In this document: positions 62,210-64,000 of the stretch, piece by piece
Position numbering within the stretch: the first letter of the stretch is position 1
Layout: each line of letters begins with the position of its first letter
Assembly (NCBI RefSeq): GCF_036365525.1
Contig: NC_090382.1
Span: 107,542,372-107,606,371, forward strand
DNA: 64,000 nt
Direction: 5' to 3'
From: Heterodontus francisci
Lineage: Eukaryota
The notes under the pieces: generated by a model
Database searches by the model: none
What the model was told of the DNA's origin: nothing
Seen by the model: the letters and a program-made list of their open reading frames with translations, nothing else
Program-made: the position numbers and the translations under genes

Positions 62210-63583
62210 ACTGAAAGCATTCTGATAGACCGCATAAGGGATCAAGGAAAGCATGAGACTCCTAAGAGGGAGGGGCAGACTTCAGTTAGAGTCATCAGAA
62301 ATCAAGGCAGGGCTGATAGTCAGGACTTGGAAGCATCTGACTCTCCACAGTGAAGGGCTGGCACTCAGCCAGGGTCTCTTGAATTCCCCGATGCCCTGGC
62401 AACACTGCCCACTGCTGAACAGGTACAGGCACTCTTTGATACAGGAGATGATTACTCATTCACAGATCCTGTAATTATAAAAACTCAGTGGTCAGATTTG
62501 GGAAACCCGCTTTATCAGTTATCAGTAGGGGGATTTAGACAGTGAGGCGCGCATCCATTGTCTCTCGAGATAAGGAGGCCCAAAAGAAAAGAGACACAGC
62601 TGATTGACTTTAATGAAACTCCTGTTACTATTTATGGTTTTACGGCCACCCTGGAGGTGGGTTTAGTAACTGATTTGGTTTACCCTCTTATTATAGGACA
62701 GCCTGATATTAAATACTTCCTTAAGATCACTCCCAGGCCTGTCCTGATCACGGACCAGGATAACCGACAGAAATATATCCAGGCACAGATAGACCACACC
62801 TGTCTAGACGGGGGTGATTAGGGTGTTTTGGAACAGCTCCTCAACAAGTTCTACCCTTATCTACAGCATCATCCGAACCTATGTGGCAAGGTAGATATAG
62901 AACCTCACTCTCATGATGCAGGCTGGCACAAGTCCAGGAAACAGTGGCCTATTCAGGATTATAAAGGGAAATTAGATCTACTCGACACTATTAGGGATTT
63001 AGAGGAACACGGTGTCCTAATAAAAATGCCCCTCTAGAACGAATTCACCATTGTTTGGTGTCCCTAAACCTGATGGCAGGTGGAGATGAGTGGTCGATTA
63101 CACATCCTTTAATAAAGTTTCAGTGCCAAACACTGCTCAGCAGCAGAATTCCACTGCCCTTGCTTCCAGCATAAAAAGAGAAAAATTTAAATCTTGTATT
63201 TATTGGGCTAACGGTTTTTGGTCGCACCCACTTAAAGAATCTGATTGGCGAAAAACTGTGATGACTGCCCCTGACAGCCTTCAACACTGTTGGACTAGAT
63301 TACCCCAGGGATTTCAAAACAGTCACATTCATTTTTCTGCACATATTATCCATCTTTTAAAAGACCTGCCCAATGTTAACTCGTACGTGGATGACATTTA
63401 TATTTCACATAATGATTTCCAGGAACACTTGCAGGCTGTTGATACAGGTTTATCCCAGCTCATTGCTGTTGGATACCTGATCAACATTAAAAAGAGTCAG
63501 TTCATTCGAGAGGAAGTAGATTTCTTCGGCCTCTGTATAACAGTGAATGGTAGGGGATTAACTCAGCCCTATATAGAGACATT
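62210..63583 (+). mobile_element. Endogenous foamy-virus-like (spuma-related) retrovirus, degraded pro-pol
   Basis: Protease ALFDTG (DTG at 62438-62446); NSPLFGVPKPDGRWR*VVDY; ANGFWSHP; CWTRLPQGFQNS; LPNVNSYVDDIYISH; GRGLT. Stops, a frameshift at about 63030 and RTE insertions. Confidence 0.88.
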
Positions 63584-64000
63584 CTAAAAGCGTCAAAGTA
63601 CGGAAAGTCCTCATCAGGGAACTCCTCTTTGCTGACGATGCTGCTTTAACATCTCACACTGAAGAGTGCCTGCAGAGACTCATCGACAGGTTTGCGGCTG
63701 CCTGCAATGAATTTGGCCTAACCATCAGCCTCAAGAAAACGAACATCATGGGGCAGGACGTCAGAAATGCTCCATCCATCAATATTGGCGACCACGCTCT
63801 GGAGATGATTCAAGAGTTCACCTACCTAGGCTCAACTATCACCAGTAACCTGTCTCTAGATGCAGAAATCAACAAGCGCATGGGAAAGGCTTCCACTGCT
63901 ATGTCCAGACTGGCCAAGAGAGTGTGGGAAAATGGCGCACTGACACGGAACACAAAAGTCCGAGTGTATCAAGCCTGTGTCCTCAGTACCTTGCTCTATG
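63584..64000 (+). mobile_element. RTE-clade LINE fragment running off the window end
   Basis: About 4 differences in about 400 nt from the copy at 29920-30326. Confidence 0.93.

Overview
Repeat-rich vertebrate genomic DNA, most likely from a cartilaginous fish (HE1-like V-SINEs, Deu-domain SINEs, many CR1, L2 and RTE LINEs). The only intact host gene is RPS14 on the minus strand: a non-coding 5'TOP exon at about 44441-44476 plus four coding exons of 149+162+77+68 nt, giving 151 aa. Each of its four introns carries one copy of an H/ACA snoRNA that matches SNORA63/E3. Downstream of RPS14 (3.2-15.9 kb) lie five copies of a fixed-spacing module, AAAAC-N16-ACCT-N7-GCAAC-N3-TGAGTCA-N8-CCAAT. It looks like an MHC class II/invariant-chain S-X-X2-Y enhancer array with an inverted Y box. 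CD74 is the downstream neighbour of RPS14 in mammals, so the array may serve a CD74 gene just left of the window (inference). Other contents are a degraded foamy-virus-like endogenous retrovirus pol at the right end, a gag-only Gypsy LTR element with nested insertions, several solo LTRs, a probable hAT-type MITE, Penelope-like terminal fragments with a minimal hammerhead core, and a 33-bp SINE-derived minisatellite. Comparisons with human, foamy virus and rRNA sequences are from memory and need database confirmation.
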